In this document: piece by piece, positions 12,095 through 28,514 of the stretch
Layout of the letters: every line of letters begins with the position of its first letter
Numbering within the stretch: position 1 is the first letter of the stretch
DNA from: the human T2T-CHM13v2.0 reference genome, Homo sapiens
Strand: one strand, 5' to 3'
DNA: 64,000 bases
Assembly: GCF_009914755.1 (NCBI RefSeq)
Contig: NC_060927.1
Program-made: the position numbers and the translations under genes
Notes under the pieces: generated by a model
The model's input: only the letters and a program-made list of their open reading frames with translations
Databases searched by the model: none
Told to the model about the DNA's origin: nothing

Positions 12095-13383
12095 TGAGTT
12101 CTCAGATGGGCTGGGGAAGGCCTTTCTCAAAGCTCTTAACACATGTATGATAATTCCTTTCATGTTTGCTCCCCACTAGACCTAGAGGCGGACTCTGTGT
12201 TTAAGTGCATGTACCCAGCAGTTAATAAGTGGATGGATGGATGCATGCATGAACAAATGAAGGAAGCTTTCTTTAAAATGCTCACTGGTCTAGTAGGGGT
12301 GCTGGGACATATACATATGATTATAAGGCAGATTAGAAAGGCCTGCACATCTTCAGGGAGGAGCAGATGAAATGCTTTCGGGGTTAGAGGAGAGAGAAAA
12401 CAATGTCCTACCTTAGGACCTGCCTGCCTCTCTGAGGGAGCAGAGGGCTGGGGGATGGGTCATATTCAGGTCAGAACAGCAGCGGCTGGCTGACTTCTAG
12501 TGATGACCTCAGTGCTTGGCATAAACACTCAGGCATTTCCTGAGTGCCTGTGTAAAGAAGGCTTCTTGGGCCCCTTGTCTCCTTAGTAATGTCATCCATT
12601 TCACCCGCTCTCTGGCGCTGCCTCGCTGCCCTGGGGGTATCTGTGCCTTTGCTTTCACAAACTCCTCCCATCACAGTCATGTCTGAAAGCTCACTGGCAA
12701 GAAGGAACCCCGTTTTGCTGCAACCCCCAACCCTTACCCAGATAGTTCCCCTCACCCACTTTCCCAAATTTACTCAAATTACTTTCCCAAATTATCTTCT
12801 AGGAATACACAGTGCAAGTATCACAGGGAGAATCGTTCTTCTACCAAAGACCTCGGAGCCAGAGGGAAACACACAGAAACCTAACAAACCTCAGTTTCTT
12901 TTATATTTTGAAAAAGAACTACTTACCATCTAAACCTAAAATACAACAGACTACAAAATATATTTTTTAGTTTCACATCATGGTCAGTTAGTTCCAGAGG
13001 AGAAAAAAAAAAAACACAAGGGAGAAAATGGAAGAGGAAAGACAGAGTAAGAGAAAGGAAGCTTAAGAAAGCTAGGAGGGAAAGAGGGAGTGAGATAGAA
13101 GGAAAGCAAGGCCAGTGCAGTCCATCCACCCAATTCCTGTACCTCATAATCATTCCATTTCCATTCCCAATTCAACAAATCAAGTGTTTGTTGCTTAGTG
13201 AAAACCTGGAAGGCAGATTTCAAGCAGCACTTCATTCTGCATTTTTGTGTGTAGAGTACCCAGATGTCACAATTGTCCTAGCTGCTGAGGACTCAAACAC
13301 CAGGCAAAGGGGATGTGATGTGGCTGAGGCTTACGATGCAAGGGGGCAGTGGTGAGAGGTGAGGATGGAGAGAGGAGCAGTAA

Positions 13384-13924
<541 letters not shown>

Positions 13925-14382
13925 TAAAGTAATTCACTAATTCAATATTTTGTAGTGTCTAATTGCCCAGTCAATGCTTCTATTGGGATTTTAAATTTAA
14001 TACCATATTTTTAATCCTTATTCAACATTTTATTAAGATTAGCTTTTTTTCATGATAGTTTGCTTTAGTTGAGAAGAGACAATATCCTTTGAATTCTATT
14101 GACAAGTCCGGTATCTTCTAAACACTTCTACTTCAGAGGAAGGCAGCTTCTCTAAATCTTTAGACATTTGTAGTCCTCTTCTTGTGAACTGCAGATTCCC
14201 TTCATAGATCATTTCCTCCAGAATTTATAATCTTACATGGAAAGAGCTGTATCTTCCTAGTATTATAACTATATTCTCTTAGTCTTTTCCTTATGTTCAC
14301 AAGAGAGCTGCCATAGCTCTAGGAATCACATACATTCAAGGCAGGAAGAAGGTAAAAAGGGTGATGTTAGCCATGCTTATAA

Positions 14383-14989
<607 letters not shown>

Positions 14990-16326
14990 CATTGTTGATC
15001 GCTACCAATCCAACAATATTGGCTGCAGGGCCTAAGGGGTGGGCTTCCCAAAAGGCACCTGCCTACCCTTACCCCTGCCCACCCACCCCACCCCCGCCCC
15101 CGGTCTCCCAGGGAGAAACAGTCCTTGCTTCTCAGAGCCCATTTCTGCCTCATCCCAGACAAACAAGCCTCAGCTCTAAATGGCTTCCTTCATTCCAGTT
15201 TTTACGGCATTAAGATTTGGCAAAAATTCCTCCAGTTTCTGGCACAGAGGCAATAGCCATCCATCGTTTCTAGTGCTGCTGCTGCAGATTTTTCCATATT
15301 TATGTATTCTGTTGAGTACTGTAATGAGGATTTGTGATACAGAAGAATCGTAACAGGGCTATGCCCATGTCATACCATCATGACCCAAAGTGCACTCTTC
15401 CCTTTCACAAATACACTGTAACGTGCCATCAGCCAACACTTACATTATCAGTTAGCTCCATCATGAGGAATTAGTTTACAGTCAACTGGAAGTTGCAATG
15501 GGAATCAGGACAGGGTCTTGAAGGAGGAGTGGGATGAGGGAGGTCTCAGAGGGAAGAAAAGGAGAACTAGGAGGGAAACAAGAAAGTACCTAGTGCCAAG
15601 TTCATTAACCTAGATATATGTGGCTTGATGGTCCCCAGGGTGTAGCATGAACAATCCCACATCCCCTTGCTTTCTGAGCCTAGGATTCCTTCTCTGTTCC
15701 CTCTGACTACCTTTCTTCTTTGCTATCTGGCTATTTCTGCTTCTGTCTTCCTCCCTCATTTGATTTTTTAAAATCCCCATAATATGAAACATATTTTTAT
15801 TTAGTTTCTACCTCTCCTTATTGTAAAAAGCAGAGAAATGTTCTGTATTTTCCTCCAATAAAAAGAAAGAGAAAGCATTTTAAATCATAAAGTTCCATCT
15901 AAATGGATTTTTTCCTGTGAGTCTGCAATCCCCAATTGGAAAAATATAAAGGTTCCTTGCTCCCAGGCTAGTGAAAGAAATATTAATAACATGATGGAAA
16001 TGAGGGGAGGATGGGGAACGAGTGCAGCAGACCAGAGGGTGGATGGAAAAGCAGGACTGCGAGGCAGCCCCCCCAAGGGACAGGCACCACAGGTGTGGAA
16101 GAGTGCAAACAGGGGCTGCCACCACTGCTTGGACCACTCTGCCTTGTCCCCCTTGCTGACCAGGACAGTGAGAAAGGACAAAGGCAACCAGCTCACTAGG
16201 ATCCCCTGTCTGCTTTCTGACTCTCCAATAAGTGGCATGGAAAGGTATCAGTAGAAAACAAAATGAGCAATTTGTCAGTGAAAAACTCTAGAGTGACTAA
16301 GAGGACCAGCCCTGCAAAATCCATAC

Positions 16327-16563
16327 CTGGGGAATGAAGATGAAGCAGTTGATTGTAGTTGTACAAACAAAGATCCCTCCAGATGTGAGTCCAAAGACCA
16401 GGTTGGGCCAGGAATGCAAGTATCTGGTGACTACAAAAAGCAGCCCAGCAGCCAGTACAAGGAGGTTGACCCCCACCATGATGGTTAAGGACTGATTCAC
16501 AGGAGGGGAGCTGACATGGCCAGTCAGGCCAGCCAGGTAGGCACCATACAGCAGGAGCAGACC
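16327..16563 (-). CDS. GPR156: GPR156 coding exon, 237 nt (G233-Q311), end of TM5, TM6 and TM7
   Basis: Acceptor cttcaccccccag|GGT, donor CAG|gtatgg. Encodes GLLLLYGAYLAGLT...CFIFIPQ, resembling the GABA-B-family TM5 and TM7 motifs. Phase 0-0. Confidence 0.97.
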
Positions 16564-17654
16564 CTGGGGGGTGAAGAGGTGACGGAGGCTCAGAGAAGTG
16601 GAACAAGAGGTCAACGAGCAGTAGGTTTGCAACCAATTTCCTCATCTGTAAAATTAGGATAATAATACCTACCTTAAGGACTGCTATGAGGATTTACTAA
16701 GATATCACATAAGAAAACCCTCAGGGCAGCCCCTTATACCTACTAGATACTTAATAAATGTTATTTTCCTCTCCTTTGCTGAGAATTAGTTTATCAGAAG
16801 TCAGCAAGTCAGCCATTAAATAAGACTCTTCTGAGACAAGGCATAGGACAGGATCATGTGGGTGGGTTAGTATCCCTACAGAAAGAGCTGTTGGGCACTT
16901 GGAGGACAGTGGGCCCACAGAACCTCTGATAGTGAGTGCTACCACAGCCATTGTCTGGTGTTGCCCTGCTCAAAGCTGAGGGTGCACAGGGAAGCTGAAA
17001 GTGACCTCTGATCTGCTTGTCAAGTCATGTGCCACAGCCAGGGTAGTGCCCATAGGAAGGGGCTCTTTTCTCTAATTTGCCCAAAGGCACCATCTGCTTG
17101 CCAAGCCTTGCACCTGCAAGACTGCATCTGACTAGAAGGGATGGGCCTTCAAAAAATTTACACAAAGGATCTCTACAGGCTAGCAGCGGCTCCATGCCAG
17201 TGAGTGTTTATGGGAGATGAAGGGTAAAAAAAGGGGAGAACAAAGGCAGGCTGGGACCCAGGCAAGACTGTGGGGCAGGCACAGACAGCGAAAGCTCCAT
17301 CTATAGTTCTCACCCTTTTTGTGACATTTCTTGCTCCCCTACAAGGAACCCAGGGCCCTATTCTGTTCTCTTTCCTATGAATATAAACCTGCTCTCAGAG
17401 TTGTCATTTGTACTAAGGAGAAAATAACTCATAGCACCTTAAAGTGCTGCCCCCTCCACAGGAGCTGCATTCATACAGAAATCAAAGCTTTAGTCAATAA
17501 TACATAACACATAGATTCAATTAGGTTCACCTTTCTGACTATGTGTGCAGTGCCATAGTACGTGTAGGGCAGAAAATAGTGACACAAAGAAGTCATGGTC
17601 CTGGCTTTTAACACTTGGTCTGGTAGGTAGATTTAAGGTAAGCACAAAAATCTT

Positions 17655-18096
<442 letters not shown>

Positions 18097-19351
18097 TGAC
18101 GTGGTCAACTCCACCTTCATGGGTGACACTAAAGAACATATTTTGGAGAACTGGCTGTGCCAGAAGGGAAGGAGTCAGCATGGAAGAGATACCTTCCAGG
18201 TTCCCCTAATGCCCAGTGTCCCAAATGGGGCCTGAAGGCCAAATGTGGCCACCCTGAGATCTTCAATGACTAGAGGACACATAAGTCAGGAGACCAGGGA
18301 AGCCCAACTTTTGGGTAACTGACGCCATCAGGTGGTATTCAGCAGAGTTGGATCATTGCTAATTTAATAAAAGGCAAATGAAATTAATTCTGTGATTTTG
18401 AAATGTTCAGATATGATTCCACTAAAAGTTTTTAATTCCATTAAAATTCTTGTTAAAGGGGAAATGGGTGTGAATCAAGTGTCTATACATTCCTGGCTGG
18501 TGTCTGAGTGAGTCATATTTGATCCTTGCATATCACTGGCCTTAACTGCTGAGAAGTGTGGGGTAGGGGGCAGTTGACAGAGAGCAGGGGTCCTAGGACT
18601 CAATGTGGAGATTGGGGTCCTCCTGAGGAGCTTCTCACTGACCAGGGAGTCTATGGGGTCTGGCTCAGTAAGTTTCCTGATGCTCCATCCTTTTCCTTCT
18701 TTTTCCTACAGAAAGATATTACAGTAAAATAGAATGGAAATGAGAGTATATAAAAGGCAATGGAGAAAATAAATCAAATTGAGTCACAAAGTAAGTAGCT
18801 ATGGGGGAAGTGCTGGCTTTCTGGGCTAGGGAGGACACACTCTTCTACAGGGACTCAAGGAACCAACAGAGGCAATGTATTTTCCAGAAGTGTCTAGGGG
18901 GCAGTGGAAGAATAGTAATAATAATATCTAACATTTATTGAGCTCTTGCTATGGACCAGGAGCGGCTGAAAACTCTTAACATGCATTAACTCTTTAGAGA
19001 CAGAACAGTTCTGAGGGGATATTATCATCATCCGCATTTTAAAATTTGGAAACTGAGGCTCAGAGAGGTTAAATGAGGCTCAGGGTTGGCTAGCCAGGGG
19101 CGGAGTCAGATTCAAACCCTGATCTGTCACAACTAAAGCTCCTTTTTTAACCATTAGCAAGATTCTGGAGATCAAGAGCTGTTCACTTCCTAGAGTCTTC
19201 TTTTAAAAAATATTTCTGTCAAAGTAATATTTGCACATAGTTAAAAAGGAATGTTTCCCTGCCCTAGTCTGGCCTACCCCTAAACCTGTTCCTCACAAGC
19301 AACAACTTCTAATACTTTCTTAGTGGTGAAGTGGGTAAAGTTTACCCCCCC

Positions 19352-19823
<472 letters not shown>

Positions 19824-20501
19824 TCTCCCTAAGCTGAAAACCAGCTGTCCTGTTCTGAGGACCATCCTCAGTGCTCCATGCAGGTATCCTCTACCTTCTG
19901 GAAATAATATTCTACTTTTGCCCATCTAACAGAGACAAATGAGTCTAATGGTGAGAGATTTGGGGCAGTATGGGAGACACTGTGAGACAGGTGGAACCCC
20001 TCAAAGGGCCCTGTGAATGCTGCCATCTGTCTCAGAGCCAGTCTTGCTTCCAACCAGAGGGAGAAAGTCAGGTGGGTGAAAGGCACCAGGACACCTTGGC
20101 CCAAATCTTGAAGAAAACACAAGAGACATAATAAGGGCACTTAGGAGAACAAATAAAGCTGGGTCAAATTTCTCCTCATAATTCCTCTTGCAGGGAAGAT
20201 GAAGGGAAAACTGGTATTGTCAAATCAATTAAGAAACCAGACCAATAAATAGGAGAAACAGTGGGTGAATTCCAGATGATTTGGGGGAGGACTGAATGAG
20301 GGAGTCTAAAGAGTTGGAGGGTCTCCCCCAAACAAATACAAATAGAAAAGTAAAAACAGTCATGGCTTTGAAGTTTATGCATCAACAGAGGTCTCCTCTG
20401 AGTTCAAGATTCTTTGCAGACATCACCTCGTTAATTCCTGTAATTCCCTCTTCATATCCATTTTCTTGGTGACAGAGACCGTATCAGATGTGGTTACCAA
20501 C

Positions 20502-20597
20502 CTTGCATCCCCAAATGAGAGCAATCCAAACATCGGAATACCGGGAAGCACAGAAGTGGGTGCTGGTCGAAGTGCAGGACACGTCTTTCCCTGTCAC
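20502..20597 (-). CDS. GPR156: GPR156 coding exon, 96 nt (V201-K232), ECL2 and start of TM5
   Basis: Acceptor cccttctag|GTG, donor AAG|gttggt. Encodes VTGKDVSCTSTSTHFCASRYSDVWIALIWGCK. Not in the ORF track (too short); translated by hand. Confidence 0.94.
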
Positions 20598-20994
20598 CTA
20601 GAAGGGACACAGAGTCAGAACTGGAGGTGCCCACAATTACCAGGAACACAAAGCAGATCTTTGTGAACATCCTGGAGCATGAATTCTTCTAGAGTACATG
20701 ATACCCCCTCAGTATGTAAAAACTGCAGCATTTAGGTGACTCCACTAGAACCTAAATGAGAGTGACTACGTGTTAGGAGAAGAGATGATAAAGTTGGGCT
20801 AACAGCTGTGTGCTTGGTGACACTAGGGCTTACCCCTCATTTATGTGCTTTGCTACCCCAATCAAATTAGTGCCTCAACAAAACTATAAACTATTTCATT
20901 ATGCACCTGCTTTTTGCAAATCATTGAATCCTTAAACATTAATCTTGCAGTGTCACGATTCCATGATTCCACTGTATTCCTCAGCCCCTCGTGA

Positions 20995-21328
<334 letters not shown>

Positions 21329-21329
21329 T

Positions 21330-21545
21330 AGTATGTACTGGACATGGTTAAGTCTTTTACCTACATTGTTTCATTTAATCTTTGCCACAACCCTATGAGA
21401 TAGGTAGTATTATTATCTCAATTTTACCAATTAGGAAACAGACTTAGAGAGGTTACATAACTTTCCCAAGGTCACACAACTGGTGAGCTTGGTAGAGCTG
21501 GGATTTGAACCAGGGTTGACTGACTCCAAAGGCCACCTTAAACTA
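21330..21545 (-). mobile_element. MIR
   Basis: ccacaaccctatgagataggtagtattattatctcaattttac...gagaggttacataactttcccaaggtcacac...gggatttgaacc. Confidence 0.85.
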
Positions 21546-21861
21546 CTACCTCCACCTCTACAATTAGGGGAAGGTAACTGCCGATAGCTGAAAGTTTTAA
21601 TTATTGATAATGTGGAAGTGGCAGAACTGCCAGGCAGATTCCAGCATGCTGATATCTCATTGTATGCCCACAAAGAGACACTCGGGCAGGAGGAGCAGTG
21701 GGAGTGGCAGCAGACTAGGGCAAGAATTACATGGAAGCCACAACTCCTGACTCTCCCTCCTCTTGGAGTCCTTTATCTTCTTGTTGCAAGGATGACTCCT
21801 GTGTATCCACAGAGGTCAGTCCAGTTTGGGGATGAGATTCTCTAGGGATTTGGCCCCTCAC

Positions 21862-21987
21862 CGTCATACTGACACTGAGAATCTGGAGGCACTGGATGGG
21901 ATCAGTCAGCACCCACGTCATGAGCAGGATCACATCAGCCATCAACAGGGCTGCCACCAACCCCAGCAACTGCAGGTCTTTGATAAT
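21862..21987 (-). CDS. GPR156: GPR156 coding exon, 126 nt (I159-T200), TM4
   Basis: Acceptor attcttttgcag|ATT, donor ACG|gtgagg. Encodes IIKDLQLLGLVAALLMADVILLMTWVLTDPIQCLQILSVSMT, with the GABA-B-like W..DP motif. Confidence 0.96.
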
Positions 21988-22392
21988 CTGCAAAAGAATC
22001 AAGGTCAAAACTTCTCCTTGTTGACTGGCTAAATGACAGAGGGGCTAGAGTATCCCATGTGCTCTCAGCTATATGCTCCAAGGTCAGCCCTCCCAAGGAG
22101 CTTCAAATGTAGCTATCAAAAATGAAACAGACACCAAACATTTACAATGACTTCTATGCTGATATCATTATTAGCATTACACATTTCCATTTGTTTAACT
22201 TCTTCATATCCTACCTTTTCCCACAAAGGACTCAAGGTGTTTTATAAAATAAATAAACTATTATTTCTATATGTTTATATAAGCACATAGATATGAATGT
22301 CACACCACAATGTTAATAACTATTAACTGAGAGGGTGGGACTCAGAGATGCAGGAAGAATCATTAGCATTTTCATTATATACATATGAATTA

Positions 22393-22770
22393 CAGATTGA
22401 CTTATGATCTTGACTTATGATGGGGTTATGTCCGGATAAACCCATCATAAGTTGAAAATATCATAAGTCAAAAATGCATTTAATACACCTAGGCTACCAA
22501 ACATTGCAGCTTAACCTAGCCTACCTTTAATGTGCTCAGAACACTTATATTAGCCTACACCTGGGCAAAATCATCTAAAACAAAGCTTAATTTAATTTAT
22601 AATGAAGTGTTGAATATCTCATAAAATGTATTGACTACTGTGCTGAAAGTGAAAAACAGAGTGGTTGTATGGGTATTTTAAGTATGGTTTCTACTGAATG
22701 TGGATTGCTTTCACACCATTGTAAAATAGAAAAACTGTAAGTTGAACTGTTTTATGTCAGGGACCATCCG
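22393..22770 (+). mobile_element. Tigger4-type (TcMar) non-autonomous DNA transposon
   Basis: gacttatgatggggttatgtccggataaacccatcataagttgaaaat...gggaccatccg, flanked by TA on both sides. Confidence 0.85.
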
Positions 22771-24722
22771 TATTTGACTTAGGATGAAGAGAATGTGTTA
22801 GTTTGTGACTACAAAAATAAAATTGAGAAAAATATATACTGTGATAGGATTAAAATATTTAACAACAGGGAAGAGAGAAAATAAAGGGAATTATGATGAA
22901 GGCTCAGATGAAGAGTGTATATATAATAGCATTTACTAATTGGAGCAGAAGAAATGTGGATCTGAGCTTTTGACAACCAGTGAAAAGAAGCACAACCAGT
23001 TACGTGATTCAAGGTGTTTGTAAAATTAAAAACAAACCAATTGCCTAATCAAACTGTTCAAAACCAGTGATAAAGGGAAACTACTCAAAGCAAGCAGTGA
23101 AGAAAGACACATTTTGTGTAGACATAAAATAAACCTGACACTTCTCATCAGATACAAGGCCAAGTGAGAAGACAGTGCAGGAACATCTTGAAAGTACTAG
23201 AAGAAGAAAAGAAAATTTCAGTCTAGAATTCTATACTCAGTAATATATCTTTCAGAAATGAAGGCAAAATAAAGACTTTTTCAGATAATCAAAAGCTGAA
23301 AGAATTCAGTAGTAGCACACCCACACTGGAATGTTAGATATCCTTCAGGCAAAGGAAAATAATATGAGATAAAAATGTGGATCTATACAGGAAATTAAGA
23401 ACACTGGAAATGGTAACTAAACAGAAAAATACATGATTAGTTTTCATTATTTAAATATCATTAAAGAAAATAACAAAATTCAGCATGTTGTCCTGGGTCT
23501 TAAAAATAAAAAAATAAAATATTTTTAAAGATAATTGATTTATTAAACAAAAGAATTGCATGGGGCCTATAACATGTAACAGCAAAGATAGGAATGGGGA
23601 CAAAAGGAAGCATACTATTGTAAGGTACTTATACATGAGTGCCAATTATGCTATTCTATAGAAATTATTCCTGAAATTGAAAAGAAGGGAATAGTTCCCA
23701 ACTCATTTTATAAAGCCAACATTACCCTGATACCAAAACTAGAAAAATATATTACAAGGCAACCACAGAGCAATATGTATTAAAAACATGAATGTACAAA
23801 TTCTAAACAAAGTTTTTATAAAACTGAGTCCAACAATATATGAAGAGGATAATGTAGCATGACCAAGTGAAGCTAATCCCAGGGATGGAAGGTTGGTTTG
23901 ACACCCTAAATCATTTAACATATGGGGAGAGAAAGAGATAATGAGCAGAAGCATAGAGGATTTTTAGGGCAGTAAAACTACTCTGTATGATACTGTAATG
24001 GTAGATACATGTCATTGCACATTTGTCCAGACCCATAAAATGTACAACACCAAAAGTGAACCCTAATGTCAAGTACAGACTCTGGGTGATAATGACGTAT
24101 TAATGTAGTTCCATCAATTGTAATAAGTATATACTCTGATGGGGAATATTGATAATGGGAGAGGCTATGCATGTGTGGGGAAAGACTGTATATGTAAAAC
24201 CTCTGTACCTTCTGCTCAATTTTTATGTTAACTTAAAACTACTCTAAAAAATAAAGTCTATTGTGTAAGGGTTTAAAAAAAAACCATTTAACATAATCCA
24301 CCATGCGAATAAACTAAGAAAAGAAAAACTGTATGATCATCTCAATAGACCCAGAAAAAGCTTTTGACAAAACCCAACATCAGTTCTTGATTAAAACTCT
24401 CAGCAAAATAAGAATAGAATAGTACTGCCCCAACTGGATAAATGGAATTTACAATAAAACTACTGCTAATATCATTCTTAGTTATGACTGTTTTCCCCAT
24501 AGGATCAAGAATAACAAATATATCTGCTCTCACCACTTCTATTCAGATTGTACTATTGTATCTAGCCAGTGCAATCAGACAAGAGATTGGAAATAAATTA
24601 TCTTTATTCACTGCTGATATGATCATCTTTGTAGAAAATCTGATAGACTCTATAAAAAAGCTGCTAGAACTAACATGTAGTTTAGCAAGGTTGCAGTATA
24701 CAAGCTAAGCATATAAAAATTA

Positions 24723-25046
<324 letters not shown>

Positions 25047-25812
25047 CTATTTATTAGCAACAAACAACTGGAAAGTGAAATTTAAAAAAATAGTAACATA
25101 TAAAATAGCATAAAAATATAAAATCCCTAGAAATAAGTTTGATGAAAGATGTGAAAGAGCAATATTGAAAAGTACAAAAAAATGATGGGAAAAATTAAAG
25201 ACCTAAATAAATGGGTTCATGGGTCAAAGGACACAACATTAGTAAGAAGCCAATTCTCCATAATTTGATCTATTAGATTCAACATAATCCCAAAAGAATT
25301 TTTGTAGAAATCAGTGAACTGATTCAAAAATTCACATGGGCATTCAAAGGACCCAGATTAGCCAAAACAGCATTGAAAGAGAAGAAGAAAGTCAAAGAAC
25401 TAATACTACCTGATTTCAAGATTTAGTATAAAGCTACAGTAATCAGGGTAATATGGCATTGCTGTTGAGATAGACACATCAGTGAGACAGAATGGAGGGT
25501 CCAGAAATAGATCTACACACTTATGGACAACTGATTTAACAAAGGCACAAAGGTAATTCAGTGAAGAAAGGACAATCTTTTCAACAAATGATGTTGGAAT
25601 AATCAAATGTCTATATGTAAAAAACTAAAATTCAATCAATACATCATACCATATACCAAAATTAACTCAAAATGGATCATAGGCCTAAATGTCAAAGCTA
25701 AAACTCTAAAATTTCTGGAAGTAAACACATGAGAAAACCTTTTGGGGCCTTAAGTTAGGCAAAAATTTCTTAAATATAATACCAAAAACATGATCCATAA
25801 AAGAACACATTG

Positions 25813-25980
25813 GGGCCGGGTGTGGTGGCTCATGCCTGTAATCCTGGAACTTTGGGAGGCTGAGGCTGGTGAATCACTTGAGGCCAGGAGTTTGAGACCA
25901 GCCTGGCCAACATGGTAAAGCCCCGTCTCTACTAAAAATACAAAAACAAACAAACAAATAAACAAGAAACCTAAAAACAA
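25813..25980 (+). mobile_element. Alu left monomer or truncated Alu
   Basis: Left arm only, (CAAA)n tail, TSD aaagaacacattgg. Confidence 0.85.
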
Positions 25981-26194
25981 AGAACACATTGGTAAATTCA
26001 ACTTCATCAGAATGAGAAATGTCTTATCTTTGAAAGACATTCTGAAGTAAATGAAAGTAAAAGGAACAAAAGAACAAACTGGAAGAAAATCTTTGCAAAT
26101 CATACATCTGATAAAGGGTTTGTATCCAGAATATAAAAAGAACTCACAAAACTCAATAATAAGACAACAAAAAATCCAATTTAAAAATGAGTGA

Positions 26195-26608
<414 letters not shown>

Positions 26609-28158
26609 CTACCACACATACCTATTAGAATGCCTAAAATGAAAAAGACTGATCAAATCAAATGTTGCCAAGAATGTGGAGGAAATGGACTCTCATACAT
26701 TGCTGGTGGAAATGCAGAATGGTACAACCACTTCGAAAAACAGTCTGACTGTCACTTAAAAAGTTAAATATACACTTACCATATGATCCAACCATACTCT
26801 TAGGTTTTCACCCAAGAGAAATAAAAGCCTATGTCTAAACAAAGACTTTGTACACGAATGTTCATAGCAGCTTTAATTTTAATCGCCACAACTGGCAATA
26901 ACCCAAACATCCATCTACAGATAAGCAAATTGTGTCTATGCATTGTAATACTACTCAGCAATAACAAAGAAATAACTATTGATGCACACAACATAGATAA
27001 ATAACTATAATATTCATAAAAACAATTATGTGAGTAAAATAAGCCAGAGAAAACAGAGTCCATACTGCATGGTTCCATTTATGTAAAACTCTGGAAAATG
27101 CAAACTCATCTACAGTGACAGCAATTCAATGATTTTCTGAGGATAGGAACAAGGGATATAAGGATTGGACAGGGGAGGGAGATAACAAAGGGTTGCAAGG
27201 AAGCTTTTGAAGATGAGGGATATGTTCATTATGCACCATGTTTCTTGGTTGTATATCCATGTCACAATTTATCAAATCATATGCTTTAAATATGTGCAGT
27301 TCACTGCATGTCAGTTATACTTCAGTAAAGCTGTTTAAAAAAGAAATTGGTGTTCTTGAGGGATGAATGCAGTTTTTGTCCTTTTAGGCAATCTTCTTCA
27401 TAGGTATGGTTGCTCACAGCTGAGCTTTTGGTAAGTATGCACCATGATTCAATAACATTTGCTAAAATAAATTCCCATCATTCCAGAGAAGTAAACACCA
27501 ACTGAATGATATATTGGGTCTGGGCAGGGCCTATACCCAATGAGGATAATGGTCAGGAATTGAGGTTTGAGCAGTCTCATCAGACAACCTGATAAAATGG
27601 GGAAATGTGGTTAAGTTGATGACTGATACCAGGGACATGTCGGTGATCTGGCTGCTACATAACTTAGAGTTGATTCTATCTGCTCTTCCTTGCTCACTGC
27701 TTTGGGCACATCCTTCTCAGTACAGAGAACTGCCTTCTACATAGAAAAGAACTGGACTCCAGGGAAGGAAATAACTACTTACTTGCTATAGTTTCTCTGT
27801 AATCACTCTTCCTCCCTTCACTTCCAGCTCGCACCTGTGCCAAACAACAGTCTCTGGGTATCTTGTTCTGCCTCACACTGGTGCCAGGTATTGGCCAGCT
27901 CACATGTCCCCACAGGGCCTGGGGTACATAGGAACCAGAGCCCACGTTTGAAGCCCTATCTTCAACAGCACTGATTCACAGCCTTCCAGACCTGAGGCCT
28001 TATGAGGCTGCATGATTCCAGGGTTTGGAATGAGAAACAAGAACTTTGGATGTCCTGAAAGGGGCTAGGCTCAGTAATGTGCATGAGCTTCTCTAGCTGT
28101 TAACCAATGCTGAAGCTACCATCTACAGTCAAGCATTGTGTACTTGCTGCCTACTCAC

Positions 28159-28269
28159 CACTCTCTTGTCCGGGACCCTTTGGGTAAACACCTTGTAGAG
28201 TCGCCAGCTCTTTCCCAGAATGGGGCCAAACACAAGGGAGGTCCCAATGCACAGCATGGACAGTCTTGT
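28159..28269 (-). CDS. GPR156: GPR156 coding exon, 111 nt (T122-V158), TM3 and ICL2
   Basis: Acceptor ccacccatag|ACA, donor GTG|gtgagt. Encodes TRLSMLCIGTSLVFGPILGKSWRLYKVFTQRVPDKRV, with the class C TM3 KxWR motif. Confidence 0.95.
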
Positions 28270-28514
28270 CTATGGGTGGAAGGGGACAGAAGAGTCACAA
28301 GAGGAACCTTTATCAGTTCTCCACACACTCTGATCTGTAGGGTCTGGGTCCCACAGAGCGCACGAGGTACAGAGTGAACCTCACCAAGTGTTCTGGGATT
28401 CCCTCGAAAAGTGCCCACTCCAAGGATAAAGGAAACCACCACCCACGGGAGCAGCTGGTTTAAAAAAATAATCAAAACTTTATAGTCAAAACCAAATTTT
28501 AAAACTTCACCTAC

